Shown here in pieces: positions 1 through 14,934 of a DNA stretch of 64,000 nt. Position 1 is the first letter of the stretch. Every line of letters starts with the position of its first letter. This DNA is from Octopus vulgaris (taxonomy: Eukaryota): NCBI GenBank assembly GCA_951406725.2, contig OX597818.1, forward strand, positions 40,548,001-40,612,000, written 5' to 3'. The notes under the pieces were generated by a model. That model was not told the DNA's origin. It made no database searches and saw nothing but the letters and a program-made list of their open reading frames with translations. The position numbers and the translations under genes were made by a program.

Positions 1-134
1 CTTTCATCTTTCCGGGGTCGATTAAATAAGTACCAGTTAGGCACTGGGGTTGATATAATCGACTTAATCCGTTTGTCTGTCCTTGTTTGTCCCCTCTATA
101 TTTAGCTCCTTGTGGGCAATAAAGAAATAAGAAA
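1..134 (+). mobile_element. SINE family A, 3' part (truncated by window start)
   Basis: Matches the body and tail of fuller copies at 6781, 57802 and 61343 (ctttcatc..ggggtcgattaaataagtaccagtt..cactgggg..gtttgtctgtccttgtttgtcc..aaagaaataag). Confidence 0.85.
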
Positions 135-388
135 CCTGAGAGACAGACATAATATGGGCGATAAGAAGAGAGAACGGAACAAATTTGGTAAATGTATTAA
201 GGTACGGTCAAATAGATATTAATTGAAGTTGCATTTAGTCCATGTTCAGTTGATGTGTTCTCAGTTAATGGATTCTCAACACTAAGAAGCGAGATAGCAG
301 AGATGTTACAGCGTAATTTGTTCAGGCGCTATTCCCACCGAAGTAAACTTAGCTTTTCGGACTCGATATTATGCACTGGGGACAAATT

Positions 389-445
<57 letters not shown>

Positions 446-597
446 CTCTTTCTTTCTCTGTCATTCTCTCTTTCCTTCTCCTTCTCTCTCGCTCTTCCGC
501 CTCTCTCTGTGTTTTTCACAGACACTCCGTAGAAGTAGAAGAAAACGAGTTTCTTTATATCTGGGGTGAGAGGAACTTTGCCGAATTTAAAATTCTC

Positions 598-747
598 AGG
601 AGTGGCTGTGTGGTAAGTATCTTGCTTACAAGCCACATGGTTCAGGGTTCAGTCGCACTGAGTGGCAACTTGGGCAAGTGTCTTCTACTATAGCCTCGGG
701 CCGACCAAAGCCTTATGAGTGGATTTGGTAGACGGAAACTGAAAGAA
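598..747 (+). mobile_element. SINE family B, 5' half
   Basis: Head aggagtggctgtgtggtaag with A-box-like TGGCTGTGTGG and B-box-like GGTTCAGTC. CORE-like cttgggcaagtg follows, and it ends in the internal (CA)n. The same sequence recurs about 10 times in the window. Confidence 0.85.
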
Positions 748-847
748 CACACACACACACACACACGCACACACATATTTTAATACATTATTAAAATAAA
801 GTCATTAACAGTGGCCAGCATACTAATAATACCATAATAGTTAATTT

Positions 848-984
848 ATATCAAAATTATAAGGGCGATGAATAATTACAATGCATGTCTGCTAGAAAGA
901 GACCCCAAATGGTTTATAGACCATTTCGGGTCTATTTCTAGCAAACAGGTGTTGTACTTATTCATCGCCCTTATTATAATTTTA

Positions 985-988
<4 letters not shown>
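848..988. repeat. Long imperfect palindrome (~70 bp arms, no spacer) abutting (TA)n
   Basis: Left arm aaaattataagggcgatgaataattacaa..ctagaaagagaccccaaatggttta is the reverse complement of tagaccatttcgggtctatttctag..ttgtacttattcatcgcccttattataatttt. The centre is at 916/917. Confidence 0.9.
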
Positions 989-1310
<322 letters not shown>

Positions 1311-1315
<5 letters not shown>

Positions 1316-1393
1316 ATCCAAACAAGAAAACACAACGCGAGGACGTGGAACAATTATAGTAATATTGGACGCTCAGGAAAGAAGGAAAGAAAG
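1311..1393 (-). mobile_element. Short terminal fragment of a (TA)n-anchored PLE-type repeat (same family as 33865-34082)
   Basis: agttaatccaaacaagaaa..gaggacgtggaacaa..tattggacgctcaggaaagaagga matches 33865-33958. Both begin at the edge of a (TA)n tract. Confidence 0.7.
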
Positions 1394-1663
1394 CAATACA
1401 TGTATACATACGCACGCAGTAACACACACACATGCTGTACACGGTGAGCTACTACACAGCCTCAACGAAATCCACTCCCAAGGCAGTAGTCAACCCATGG
1501 GGAAAACTAGAAAACACCAGACGAAAGTGCCATGGTGTGAGCATGGACTCGAAACCACATGGTTGCAAAGTGAGCCTCTTAACTGTACAGCTATTCTTTC
1601 GTTTGTAGTGTATTCACAATCCATAATACTGCAGGAGGCGATTCAGCTTTTATCCTTCTGGGG

Positions 1664-1856
1664 TTTACTCTTTTACTCTTTTACTTGTTTCAGTTATTTG
1701 ACTGTGGCCATGCTGGAGCAACGCCTTTAGTCGAGCAAATCGAACCCCGGTTTCTTTTGCTGAACCGCTAAGTTACAGGGACGTAAGCACACCAGCATCG
1801 GTTGTCAAGCGATGTTGGGGAGACAAACATAGACACACACACACATACACACACAC

Positions 1857-1899
<43 letters not shown>

Positions 1900-2007
1900 C
1901 CTGCTCGCTTATTCAGCGGGGTGGCGTCATTCGAAGGCTAAAACAATGCGAACGCATTGTGACCAGCGATGTGTAACAACATCTGATGGTCTGGTCGGTC
2001 ACGTGAT

Positions 2008-2077
<70 letters not shown>

Positions 2078-2241
2078 GACGGGCTTCTTTTCAGTTTCCG
2101 TCTACCAAATCCACTCACTAGGCTTTGGTCGGCCCGAGGCTATAGTAGAAGACACTTACCCAAGGTGCCACGCAGTGGGACTGAACCCGGAACCATGTGG
2201 TTGGTAAGCAAGCTACTTATCACACAGTCACTCCTGCGCCT
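1664..2241 (-). mobile_element. SINE family B, near full length, with a nested 118-bp insert (1897-2014) in its internal (TA)n
   Basis: Reverse complement of the family B head at ~2077-2241 and of the tail at 1664-1835. Confidence 0.9.
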
Positions 2242-2683
2242 GAATAAAGGTTTTGATTTATTATACAATAGCCTCCTAACATAAAAAAATATTACCTTAA
2301 TCCGTAATTCATGTTGATCTTAGTTTACGCTTCAAGTTTGCAACTTATATTTGGATGCGTGCAATATTTGCCGCTTTATTAGGCGTGTGATCCTTCCATT
2401 TGACAATTACTGGATGTAGATACACTGCAAAAGTCGCGTTGTTGTTGTTTTCTACATGTAAAATTACTGATCATCTTAATGTTTTCGAAGAGTTAGGATT
2501 ATTTGATTAAATAATGCTTGAGATATCGGGTTCACGTTGACAAAACTATTGATTTTCCAAAGCTATCGATATGTTTGTTGCCATGAGAACTGCATTAGTT
2601 GGTCTCGTTTCATACATCTTAATTTTCAGATTTCTGGGTGTTTTCTACATAGCATTTTTCAATTTCTTTGCCTATTATTAGTA

Positions 2684-2745
<62 letters not shown>

Positions 2746-3350
2746 ATCATCTAGAAGATTTAAAATTAAAGATTTTCTACAAACTATAATTTTCTTTTTG
2801 TCTGATCTTCACCTTCGATATTTAATATTCCCAATAATTTAATTGAAAAAAAAAAAAAAGAAAAAAGTAAATGAAAAGAAGTTAAAGAATATATAAACAA
2901 ATGTAGAACTAAATGAGCAAAAGAATAAACTATGGAATAGTCGAATGGAAAACTATTGATATTATATTGCATATTTTGTTTTTCATATTTTGCGTAAAGT
3001 GATTTGTGCATTGAAAATCGTTCTTGATTGAAATGGAAGTTTTTTTTTCAGCTGTGGTATAGATGCAACCGAATGTGATATTTTTAGAGGTAGCAATTGT
3101 GTAGCAGTAGGCTTCCAGACTAATGAATACGTGTGTATTGAAGTAAATGGTTTATAGTCGCATTTCATAAACATGGTTCTCTAGAAGATTAGCATTAGTA
3201 AACTAACTGTTGTTTCATATCACGAATATATGTGCTACAATGTTTTCGGGGAAAAAAAAAAGCACATAGAGAAATAGGGATGGATATATGCATGCATACA
3301 TACATACATACATACATACATACATACATACATACATACATACATACATA

Positions 3351-3560
3351 AAAATCTGTAAAACTTACCAGAAGTTTATCATTTAAATAAAAATATATGA
3401 GCAGGAGTGGATGTGTGGTACGTAGCTTGATTCCCAACCACATGGTTTCGGGTTCAGTCCCATTGTGTGGCACCTTGCGCAAGTATCTTCTACTATAGCC
3501 TCAGGCCGACCAAAGCCTTGTGAGTGGATTTGGTAGACGGAAACTGAAAGAAGACCGTCG

Positions 3561-3591
<31 letters not shown>

Positions 3592-3985
3592 GTGTGTGTG
3601 TGTACATATTTGTGTGTCTGTGTTTGTCCCCCTAACATCGCTTGACGCTGGTGTGTTTACGACCCCGTAACGTAGCGGTTCGCAAAAGAGACCGATAGAA
3701 TAAGTACTAGGCTTCCAAAGAATAAGTTCTGGGGTCGATTTGCTCGACTAAAAGGCTGTGTTTCAGCAAATGACTGAAACAAGTAAAACAGTAAAGAGTA
3801 AAATTAGTATGTCTATATATGCCCGAGAATACATACATAAAACATACATACATACATACATACATACATACATACATACCTTGTTATTGATGTTGAAATT
3901 CCAGTGAAGGAACTTTGGATCTAGGTTAGAAATCGGTTCTTTCTCTATTGGCAAGAAATCTTGAAATAAACTGAATATTGGCATA
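3351..3985 (+). mobile_element. Severely 5'-truncated RLE non-LTR retrotransposon (same family as 56382-57048), interrupted by a SINE B
   Basis: Starts directly after (CATA)n with aaaatctgtaaaacttaccagaagtttatcatttaa (KICKTYQKFII*). The 3' UTR blocks at 3805-3845 and 3880-3985 match the reverse complement of 56560-56628 and 56382-56463. Confidence 0.8.
3403..3803 (+). mobile_element. SINE family B, full length
   Basis: Head aggagtggatgtgtggta, internal (TA)/(TG)n, tail ..tgactgaaacaagtaaaacagtaaagagtaaaa. Confidence 0.9.
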
Positions 3986-4306
3986 CAGACATATTATGTG
4001 TTTGTGTGATGAAACTGAAGAGTTTGGAAAAGTTTATATAGTGTCAGGGAAATGGGAAGCTGACGTTTTAGGAGTAAATCTTCATCTCCTACTGAGAGGG
4101 AAAATACATGGACAAGTAGTTATAGGTGATGGTAAAAAAAAAAGAAAAAATTAAGACATTGACTTTTTGTAAAGGCAAGACAAAGTTCACTGTGGGAGAG
4201 AAGAAGAGTGAAAAATGATTGTATGTGTTTTCAGGTAGAAGACGAAGTGCGCAAGTGTTGAGTTTTCACCTGTATATATATATGTATATATGTGTACATA
4301 TATATA

Positions 4307-4715
4307 TACTCTTTACTCTCTTTTTACTCTTTTACTTGTTTCAATTATTTGACTAAGGCCATGCCGGAGCACCGCCTTTAGTCGAGCAAATCGACCCCAG
4401 GACTTATTCTTTTGTAAGCCTAGTACTTATTCTATTGGTCTCTTTTCCCGAACTGCTAAGTTACGGGGACGTAAACACACCAGCATCGATTGTCAAGCGA
4501 TGTTGGGGGAAAAAAACACAGACACACAAACATATACAAACATATACATATACATATATACGACGGGCATCTTTCAGTTTCCGTCTACCAAGTCCACTCA
4601 CAAGGCTTTGGTCGGCCCGAGGCTATAGTAGAAGACACTTGCCCAAGCTGCCACGCAGCGGGACTGAACCCAGCACCATGTGGTTGGTAAGCAAGCTACT
4701 TACAACACAGCCACT
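4307..4715 (-). mobile_element. SINE family B, full length
   Basis: Reverse complement of the family B consensus seen at 3403 and 33678. Confidence 0.9.
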
Positions 4716-4784
4716 GTAGTATGCATATATACCGACGTATATATATATACATACTTACATATGTACGTATATACATATGCATAT

Positions 4785-5170
4785 GTGGGCACAGGACGTC
4801 ACAGAACGTAAACAACAAAAAATACAAAACTATGGAATACGAAATACGAATACATGGAATATGAACTTTTTTTGCGAACAACGAAGGAAACACACGGAAC
4901 AAAAGACACGCAACATAATGAACGACCATTCATCAGTTGTAGGCTGCTTTTTAAATTCGTATTTCGAGCATTTCACGACAAGATACGCCTTCGATAAATC
5001 AGTTGCTCCCGCAAAGGAAATTAAATAAAATTTGGGATTTTGCGAAAGGTCAAAATTGGTAACAAAAACAGGACAGTGAAAATAAACAGGAAGGGCTGAT
5101 AAGCCTAAACGAAGTGAGGTAGCGACCGCGAAGAAGCAAGCTTGGACAGGAGACAGACAAGAATACGTCT
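4785..5170 (-). mobile_element. Microsatellite-anchored interspersed repeat, probably a PLE-type terminal region (related to 20020-20186)
   Basis: Both copies start tggg[c/t]acagga after a TA-rich tract and share gacac/atgcaacataa and ttcatcagttgt. Confidence 0.5.
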
Positions 5171-5529
5171 AATTCGTCCATGATGAATAACTACATGACC
5201 GAAACTAAATAACGCGCATATCTAAACCTAAATAGCTGAGGATACTGCATAGAAGCTGTGTAGCTATTTCAGAAAATATTCAAAACTGGAGATAAATCTA
5301 ATTGTTTTCGAATTGATCCAAACTGCAGCAAATATCTGCAACACAAAACAAAGACACAAAGCAAAACCACACAAAATTGGAAGATTAATAACTTTATTTA
5401 AAATCTACAATTTGTGTAGGTTTTATTAATCGGATTAAACTGACAGTCGTGTGCAGCAGTTTATAATAATAGCATCACAGAGCAAGCACAGAAGCTGAAA
5501 TATATCTGAACTATCGCTACTTTTGAAAA

Positions 5530-5663
5530 TGATGATGACGATGACGACGACGACGACGACGAATGATGATGATGATGACGGCGACGACGGCGGCGGTGGT
5601 GGTGATAATGGTGGTGGTTGTGGTGGTACTGTTAAAAATATAATACGGACAAAAATAAACACA

Positions 5664-5736
<73 letters not shown>

Positions 5737-5739
5737 ATG

Positions 5740-5775
<36 letters not shown>

Positions 5776-5838
5776 ATGATGATGACGATACGATGATGAT
5801 GATCATAATAATATTACTACTACTACTACTACTACTAC

Positions 5839-5880
<42 letters not shown>

Positions 5881-6036
5881 TAATAATAATAATGATAAAT
5901 TTATTCCGCTGCATACTGATTCAGCTATCCACCATCTGTTGGTGTAGCAAAAGCAGCAGCAGCTGCAGCAGTAGTAGTAGTAGTAGTAGTTGTAGTAGTA
6001 GTAGATGTTGTTGTTGTTGTTGTTGCTGTTGTTATT
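5530..6036. repeat. Compound trinucleotide microsatellite (GAT/GAC/GGT/ACT/GCT/AAT/AGT/GTT)
   Basis: Seen directly. Confidence 0.95.
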
Positions 6037-6780
6037 GATGCATTAATGATAATTCTTTCGAACTTTGACTCAAGAATCGCAATTTCGAAAAAAGAGAAAA
6101 GACGATTACATCGACCACAGAGCTTGATTAATTCTTTATTTTAGGAATGAAACGCAAAGTCGATCTCTGCGGAATTTGAGCACTAACCTAAAATTCCGGA
6201 AGAAATGACGCAAAACATTTTGTTTGACGCGCCAAACGACTCTGCCAGCTCGCTAATAATAGTAAAAATTTATTTGATTTCCTGCACAGAATCGCCTGTT
6301 TATTTATCTTCTATCTGCCATAGGCATCACCACTGACAAAGATGTTCAAAACAACTAACACAGCACTTGAACATCTTGCAAGGCCATAACAATACAAGAG
6401 ACTAAAAATTAACAAGAACAACAACTGCAACAATAACAATGGCATCAACTACAACTAGGAGAAGAAAAAAAAAATTTCAAGTTTTGGCTAAAATGTTTAA
6501 CAGGCACAAATAATGTATTAGCACAGAAATTTAATAAGATGCTCACGGAAGCAGAGACAGCACCTTACTTATTGAGACGAAAGTTACCTTATTTCTAAAG
6601 GTTAAACAGCAAATGTTAAAAGCTACAGAAGCATACCCTGCCTGCCTACAAACTAGAGATCCTTATTTGCTATAAAAATCATCTGGAAGAAGACTTATTT
6701 TCAGAAGTGTTAGAAAAGTTACAAAGGGTCATGTGACTGTATATTGACCATGGACTTCATACAATATTGTTGACAAAAAT

Positions 6781-7300
6781 GGCGGCGAGCTGGCAGAATC
6801 GTTTGCACGCCGGACGAAATGCCTCGCGGTATTTCGTCTGCCGCTACGTTCTGAGTTCAAATTCCGCCGATGTCGACTTTGCCTTTCATCCCTTCGGGGT
6901 CGATTAAATAAGTACCAGTTACGCACTGGGGTCGATATAATCGATTTAATTCGTTTGTCTGTTCTTGTTTGTCCCCTCTGTGTTTATACCCTTGTGGGTA
7001 ATAAAGAAATAGAAACATTAGCACGCCGGGCGAAATGCTCAGCAGTATTTCGTCTGCTACGCTTTGAGTTCAAATTCCGCCGAGGTCGACTTTGCCTTTC
7101 ATCCTTTTGGGGTCAATTAAATAAGTACCAGTTACGCACTGGGGTCGATATAATTGATTTAATTCATTTGTCTGTCCTTGTTTGTCCTCTCTGTGTTTCG
7201 GGGTCGATAAATGAAGTACCAGTTCCGTACTGGAGTCGATCTAATAGCCTGGTCCCCTCCCCCTAAATTTCGGGCCTTGTGCCTAGAGTAGAAAAGAATG
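6781..7300 (+). mobile_element. SINE family A, multimeric copy (2-3 body units)
   Basis: Head ggcggcgagctggcagaatcg and B-box-like GAGTTCAAATTC. The body repeats from ~7015 and partly from ~7198, and ends in the alternative tail ggccttgtgcctagagtagaaaagaat. Confidence 0.9.
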
Positions 7301-7924
7301 TTCACAAAATATGAATGGCCTACTTGGCCACACGCCTCCTTAGTATTAATAGAATCTGACACGGTGTGTATGTTCCCTAGATATATGGAACGCTTATGAT
7401 TGTGAGATGTTAGATTTAGTTGACTACCTTGTCCAGTAGTCTTTTACTGGGACATATTTTATTGATCCTGTAAGGTTAACAAACAAACGTAAATTACAAG
7501 AAAAATTTAAGAACTCCGTTCTAAAATGTACTTAGTCTGGCATATGACTCGGTCATGTATGCACACAGTTTCTTACAATATGACTTTATTGAAAGATTTT
7601 GTATGAATAATGCTTCACATAGAGTTAAATATATATAGATATTTATATGTCTATACATTATATGCTTGCTCATTCAAATGCGTTCTCGCAAATATAGTCA
7701 CACAGACAGACAGATACACTCGCACGCATAAAATTTCTGCACATAGAAATACACACACGTAAACACACACTTGATACCTACATGAAATTTATGAAATAAG
7801 CTGGAAAATATGAGTCAGGAAGAGCCAAAGGAATATTGGAAAGGGTGTATGATTCAGTGTGTATGTTCTTGTAAATTTAACGTCTGTTTGCCTCTGTGAA
7901 TACATACATACATACATACACACA

Positions 7925-7968
<44 letters not shown>

Positions 7969-7969
7969 A

Positions 7970-8015
<46 letters not shown>

Positions 8016-8084
8016 ATGTATATATATATATATATATATATACACATGCATATATGTAGGTATATACATATATACAGATGGACA

Positions 8085-8124
<40 letters not shown>

Positions 8125-9029
8125 ATACGTGTATGTGTGTGTGTGCCTAGTGTCTGTGTAGTGTGTTACACACATATGCATATACGCATACACATTCAGA
8201 TGCTTATACGCGCGTACACACCTTAATTGTAAGAAGTCTATTAGTAAATATTTATTTCATCTGCTGCTGCAGAATATATTTAAGAATTAAGAATGTGAAG
8301 GTTAAGGAATCGATCAATCACCTTTTAATCTGGGATAATCTCCTACCCAGCCTTGAAAATCAACTTGATAGAGGGAATCGACTTTTTAAAGCGAGATCAA
8401 TTAGATGACCCCTTAAGATGTGGATCATCATGATTGGTATTTACGCGAGATAAGTATCTTATCTAATACATCATTTGATAAAGATGTCATAAGCAGTTTC
8501 AGTTTTTCTTGTGTCGGCGGACCGAAGGGAGAACCAGATGTCTCTTGACTCTTTGTAAAGTAAGTTCGATTTGGAATGTCAAGCCGCTGGAACGTTTATT
8601 GGCAGGCTTCATTTGCCGTTACCTCATCCTCGTCGTCTTCACTACCACCACCACTCGTACAACAATCAATACCACTACCACCACCATCTTTATCAATCAT
8701 TATCATCACCACCGTAATCGTTATCTCCACCTCCGTTACCGTCACCACCACCACCACCATTATCACTACCACTACCACCACCATTATCATCATCACCACT
8801 ACCTCACCGCCACTACCACTACCCCACCATCACTACCCCACCACTACCACCATCGTCATTCTCATCACTGCCGTCATTGTCATGATTATCCTGGTGATAA
8901 TACGGTATTTTTAGCTTCTGAGAGAGGAGATACTACGGAGACATATCGACCTTGTGAATTTATCAAATCTTGTTTGAGACTCTGAGAGTTTGTATGTGTG
9001 TATATATGTGATGATTGAGATATCGAGGC

Positions 9030-9660
<631 letters not shown>

Positions 9661-11157
9661 CTTTATGTCTGTCTGTCCGTTTGTCTGTCTAGCTATTAAA
9701 CTGTTTCTACTAAACTGTCGGACGTTGTTAAACACCGCTGATCACAATGCGTTTCCTAGCTATTTTTTTAGCTTTCGGGTGATGCCAGCCAGTTGGTGAT
9801 TAGGCTGGCTGATATTCTCCTATTAACAGAAAGCCTTTGTTACCGCTTGTTTGGCGTCGCTCATTCGATGATGACTTATTTCACATCAGATGCTTTAATG
9901 CTTCTCTCTTTCTCTTCCTCCTCTCTCTTCCTTTCTCTGTTTGTGTGTGAACACATTTCTTATCATGTGTATAAAGAGAAGGAAAGTGTTTAGATCAACT
10001 GAATTTACTTAATATATGTTCTCTCTGTCTCAGTCTCTCTGTCCTCTTCTCTCTTTCTTTCTATATGGATATATTTCTGCGTGATCGGGCGCATGTGTTT
10101 ACTTCCAGCAGTAAAATGCACGGTCACTAAAACAAACCGGAAGTCCAGACAACCGCGTCAAATTACCACCATCCAAACAGCTACGCCCAGTCGTGTCATC
10201 CCCCGAAATGGTTGTGAAAATAAGGCATTGCAGTGTGGTTATGAAGTTTGCTCTATAATCATCTGATTTCAGTTTTGGCTCTTCTGCATCATACTTTGAC
10301 AAATGACTTCTATGTTGCACCGGATAGACCAAACCCTTATAAATGAAATTAGACGAAGTTTATACGGAAACCTTTCACACTATATTTACTTTTCAGTAAT
10401 AGATCTAATCCACCGCTTGTTTGATACCACCAACTAACCCCTCGTCATCAAATAGGGGCATCCATTCGTTGCAAGTATTCGGGTTGTGACTCCAAAATCT
10501 TCATACAGTCTTTCCTATTGCTGCAGTCCATGAGTCCTTGCATAAAGGCCATCTTTGATGATTGGCCTAAACCCTAAAACAAACCTAAATGTGACTAAAT
10601 TGACTTCTAGGTTTAAAAGAGTGGCAACGCCTCTATGTTTCCAGTAACTTTAGCACTAGACGCAGATGCGTTTCTATTTACAATCTTCACCTTGTGATTG
10701 TTGCTGTTGATGTAGTTGTTGTAGTTGCTTACACTCAGATCAAGTAGTCGTATTCAAGCGTTTCACTCATGACTCGCTGGTCTTTTCTTTTTCTCAGTTA
10801 TCCATTTTATTACTTAAAGATCTATAGAGATCTAAAATTCTTAAGATGTTTTAACTACTATTTCTAGGATGATTGCGTGCCCGCATATAGTGGCGACCTT
10901 CAAAGAGTGGTTTATAATCTTGTAGTTACTATGTTTATGCCAATAAATGAGCCACATTGCATAACCGGTGAGTTTGTATATGGTCACTCACCCTGCTAAA
11001 AATAACAGCTGAATCTCTTTCAAATTTTATCCAGCTATCTTCAATAAGGAAAGAAAATCTTGGAAAATGGGTCCTAGACACCCCGCTAAAAGGACAAGAA
11101 GGCAAATAATCAAATGTTATTGATCTTAGGTCTTTTCGATCAGGCTTCATTTAAAGC

Positions 11158-11206
<49 letters not shown>

Positions 11207-11322
11207 CGACGAGCCTTAACTTGTAGACTTCCTCCTCTTCAACCGAAGTCACAGTCGACACTAAGTAACAGCTTGAAAATGAAATTTTCACATAATTATC
11301 TACATATATTTGTTTTTCACCT

Positions 11323-11423
<101 letters not shown>

Positions 11424-13243
11424 TGTATGTATGTATGCATGTATGTATGTATATTGTTGTTTACATTACTCAACCGTTTTGAAATCAATTTTCAAGTTGA
11501 CTGGTTTTATTTTTATAAGATTTTAGTAATTGACAATTAATCATCCAAAGACGTAATTATAGCTGGATCTTTTCTCTGAAAAAGCCATCAATTTGGTTCT
11601 GTATCTTCTTTCTTGCTGACTAGTCTTGCAGAAGGAAACAAAAGAACGTGACAGCTTTCTTGGTCTATTTTAGATTTCAATTTATAAATATTGCCTATAT
11701 TGTAAATCATGTATTCTTGGAGTACACTGGGCAGGCTTTATTTTCTTTCCTGAATATATTTTACGCATGCTTTTTTTTTCTGAGACGTTGTTGGGCTTGG
11801 TCAGTCGTCCAGAAACAAAAGCAAAAACAAAAATGTATCTAGTGAAAAAAAGAAAAGGAAAAGAAAATTTATTACTTATTGCATTGGAAGGATACAAGAA
11901 AAATTGCTTTCAGATTTTATGCAGAGTATTTATGATAAATACAAGATGATGATGATGATGATGATGATGAGAAGGAAGAGGAAAGATGAGCTATGATGAT
12001 GAGGATGCGATGGTTTACAATTAAGGCCCTATATGTACTTATATATGTACGTGTATAACCATTATTATATTCATATATTTGCTCAAACAGACACACAAGC
12101 ATAGACAGATACATGTGTATTCATATACCCATTCACACGTACACAACGAATTTTATTATGAAATACATGATGTATACATACATACAAGCTTATATATGTC
12201 GTTGGCAATTCAATGATATCGCAATTATATTGGATTACATGAAGTCACTAGTATTCATATATGATGTAATGTTATAATACGTACATGCAAACACACACAC
12301 TGAAACACTTGCACATAGTGATCAGCCTATCGATGTCCATTTGAAATAAACGCACACGTTCTATCAAAAACAGTATATAGGAATAAATTTTGGAAATTGC
12401 TTTCTAAAATTAACAATAGAAACTTGAGATAACGAGTGAGATTTGCCAATGGTTTTTAAATGCTCTGATTAGCGACACAAAGTAGATTATAATCAGTAGA
12501 TTGCAAAGGGAAAGTTGAATATACATTACAAAAAAACCTTAAATGTTATTCATCCTATTCATTATGGATTTCTCTCTTATTATTATTTTTTTTATTATAA
12601 GTAAAGTTAATATAAGAGTAATTATTGCGAAGAACAATTTAGTTTTAATTAAGAAAGAGAAGCTGATATGGTTTCCTAATTGGGAAAATGAATTCAACAT
12701 AAATATACCAAACATTGAAAATAAAAGTTTATTGCTTCAAACTGAATCTACAGCTCAGAACAACCAATTAATTTTACAATTATAACGATTTACTAAATTT
12801 ATTTTTCGATGCTATTTTATGCAAATAGATATTGATAAGCTTTATTAAAATGATTTAAGTTTTGTGGACATAACTATAGCATTGTATCATTCATCACTTA
12901 ATAGATTCACTTGTTGCACTAAAATTGAGATTCATTATTGCGAAAATAGACTATGGAATTTTGGAATATAATTTAATATGAATATAGTTTTAAACCAATA
13001 GTTAGTTGTATGAGAGCAGTGCCAGTTTCATGACATAGTTAGCCCCAGTTCAAGCTTAATACTCGCCTGGCATTTTTCTGCTGTATGGTAATGCTCTAAA
13101 TACCTTACTTATGTTATATGAAAGTATTTAGACATTTACGCCGTTCAATGATAACCTTGAATTTGGTGATGTCTATAAAGTTCTTCCAATGTAGATTTCA
13201 CCTTCAATAAGCTGCACTTTAAATCCTCTTCCGCTTGTGATTG

Positions 13244-13628
13244 GTTTCTTATTTCTTTATTGCCCACAAGGGACTCAACATTGAGAGGACAAACAAGGAC
13301 AGACAAAGGGATTAAGTCGATTACATCGACCCCAGTACATAACTGGTACTTAATTTATCGACCTCGAAAGGATGAAAGGTAAAGTTAACCTCGGCGGAAT
13401 TTGAACTCAGAACGTAACGGCAGACGAAATACCTGTTTCTTTACTACCCACAAGGGGCTAAACACAGAGGAGACAAACAAGGACAGACAAACGGATTAAG
13501 TCGATTACATCGACCCCAGTGCGTAAAAAGTAATTATTTAATCGACCCCGAAAGGATGAAAGGCAAAGTCGACCTCGGCGGAATTTGAACTCAGAACTCA
13601 GACGCAATGTCGCTAGGTATTTCACCCA
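13244..13628 (-). mobile_element. SINE family A, dimeric
   Basis: Two tandem reverse-complement body units, with the junction gaaatacctgtttctttactacccacaagggg at ~13427-13457. Confidence 0.9.
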
Positions 13629-14864
13629 ACGTGGTTTCTTAATGTGCTTTTCTTTGCTAGAGTTGAAATCGCCGATTGAAGGGGATTTATTACACCAAAT
13701 GGAAAGAACTCCTTATTTGTTTCATCGCAAATAATTGAGTTTTCTCATCTAAAATTCAACCAGAATGCAATGATAGATTCAACACTTTGAGCGAAATCAT
13801 AATCATAAAATGATTTCACAATTATATGAAATCATTTTGAACCTTGAATAAACTGTTTTTGAAAGCTCTTAATGTTGAACGAAAATCTTCTGATAATCGT
13901 TAAATGTCAGGACCAAATGGAATTTGTATCCACTTGTATTCCCCGGCATCTCTTGGAAACTAGTAACTGAATTCTGTTATCTGATTTACTAGATGAATCG
14001 AAGATAATATTCCATAGGTCATTAAATATTATCACTGTAATCATTATTCAGTTAATTAATAAAGCCGTCACTCGCAAACAAGTAATGACTTGATAGTATG
14101 CTCTATTATTTTCGTTAATTTTTAAGGTGCCGAAGTCATCGCGAACAGGTATAGACATTCTCTTGACTCTCACACTATTGACCCAGTGGAGTATCCTGAA
14201 GAGAGAGAGAAGGGGAGGAAGAGAGATAGTGAGAGAGACAGAGGGTGAGGAAGAGAGATTGGGAGAGAGAGAGGGAGAGAGGAGGAGGAGGAGGATGCAG
14301 TAGTAGTCGGCTTGTACTCACTTCAATATAATAGACTTCTGCAATGTGAAATGAAGCGTCTTTCTGAAGGTCACAACAGCTGTCTGGTCCAGGAATCGAA
14401 CTCACAACCTTATGATCGTAAGCACAAGGTCCTAAACATTTGGGGACGTGCCTTACCTTTCATTAGAATAAATACTGGAAACATACCGTGTTTCAGCGAT
14501 TGATTACTTCACATCTCACACACCGTGGTTAACCTGAGTTTTTTCCGAAAGGTAGACGCCATTCATACTAATATCAAAGAAAATTTGTTTTCTGCTTTCC
14601 CTTCTTTCTCGATAGTATTTATTTTTCACCGTGTTTGTGATATTTCTTCCTTCAAATTTAAAGAAATCAATGTCTTAACCTGGTAAAAAATTAAACAAAG
14701 ACAATACACATGCCATATCTTAATCAATAAAAGAAAACAATAACAACAAACATTGGATTAAATTTACTATAGATACTCTAACTTATCTATAGTTTGCTGG
14801 AATCTTGACTGCTGTTTCCTGTCCAAGAAAAACCAAGCTGTAAATATACTTTTAGTGTTGACCA

Positions 14865-14882
14865 ATGATGATGATGATGATA

Positions 14883-14934
<52 letters not shown>

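Noticed and set aside
8503-8559. Possible 57-nt exon (tttcag ... gtaagt)
   Set aside because: The pyrimidine tract is weak, two of three frames have stops, the peptide is unrecognisable and no partner exons were found. It would need RNA-seq.
12543-12785. 80-aa AT-rich ORF with a hydrophobic start
   Set aside because: Its composition is what AT-rich random sequence gives, and it has no motif or splice support.
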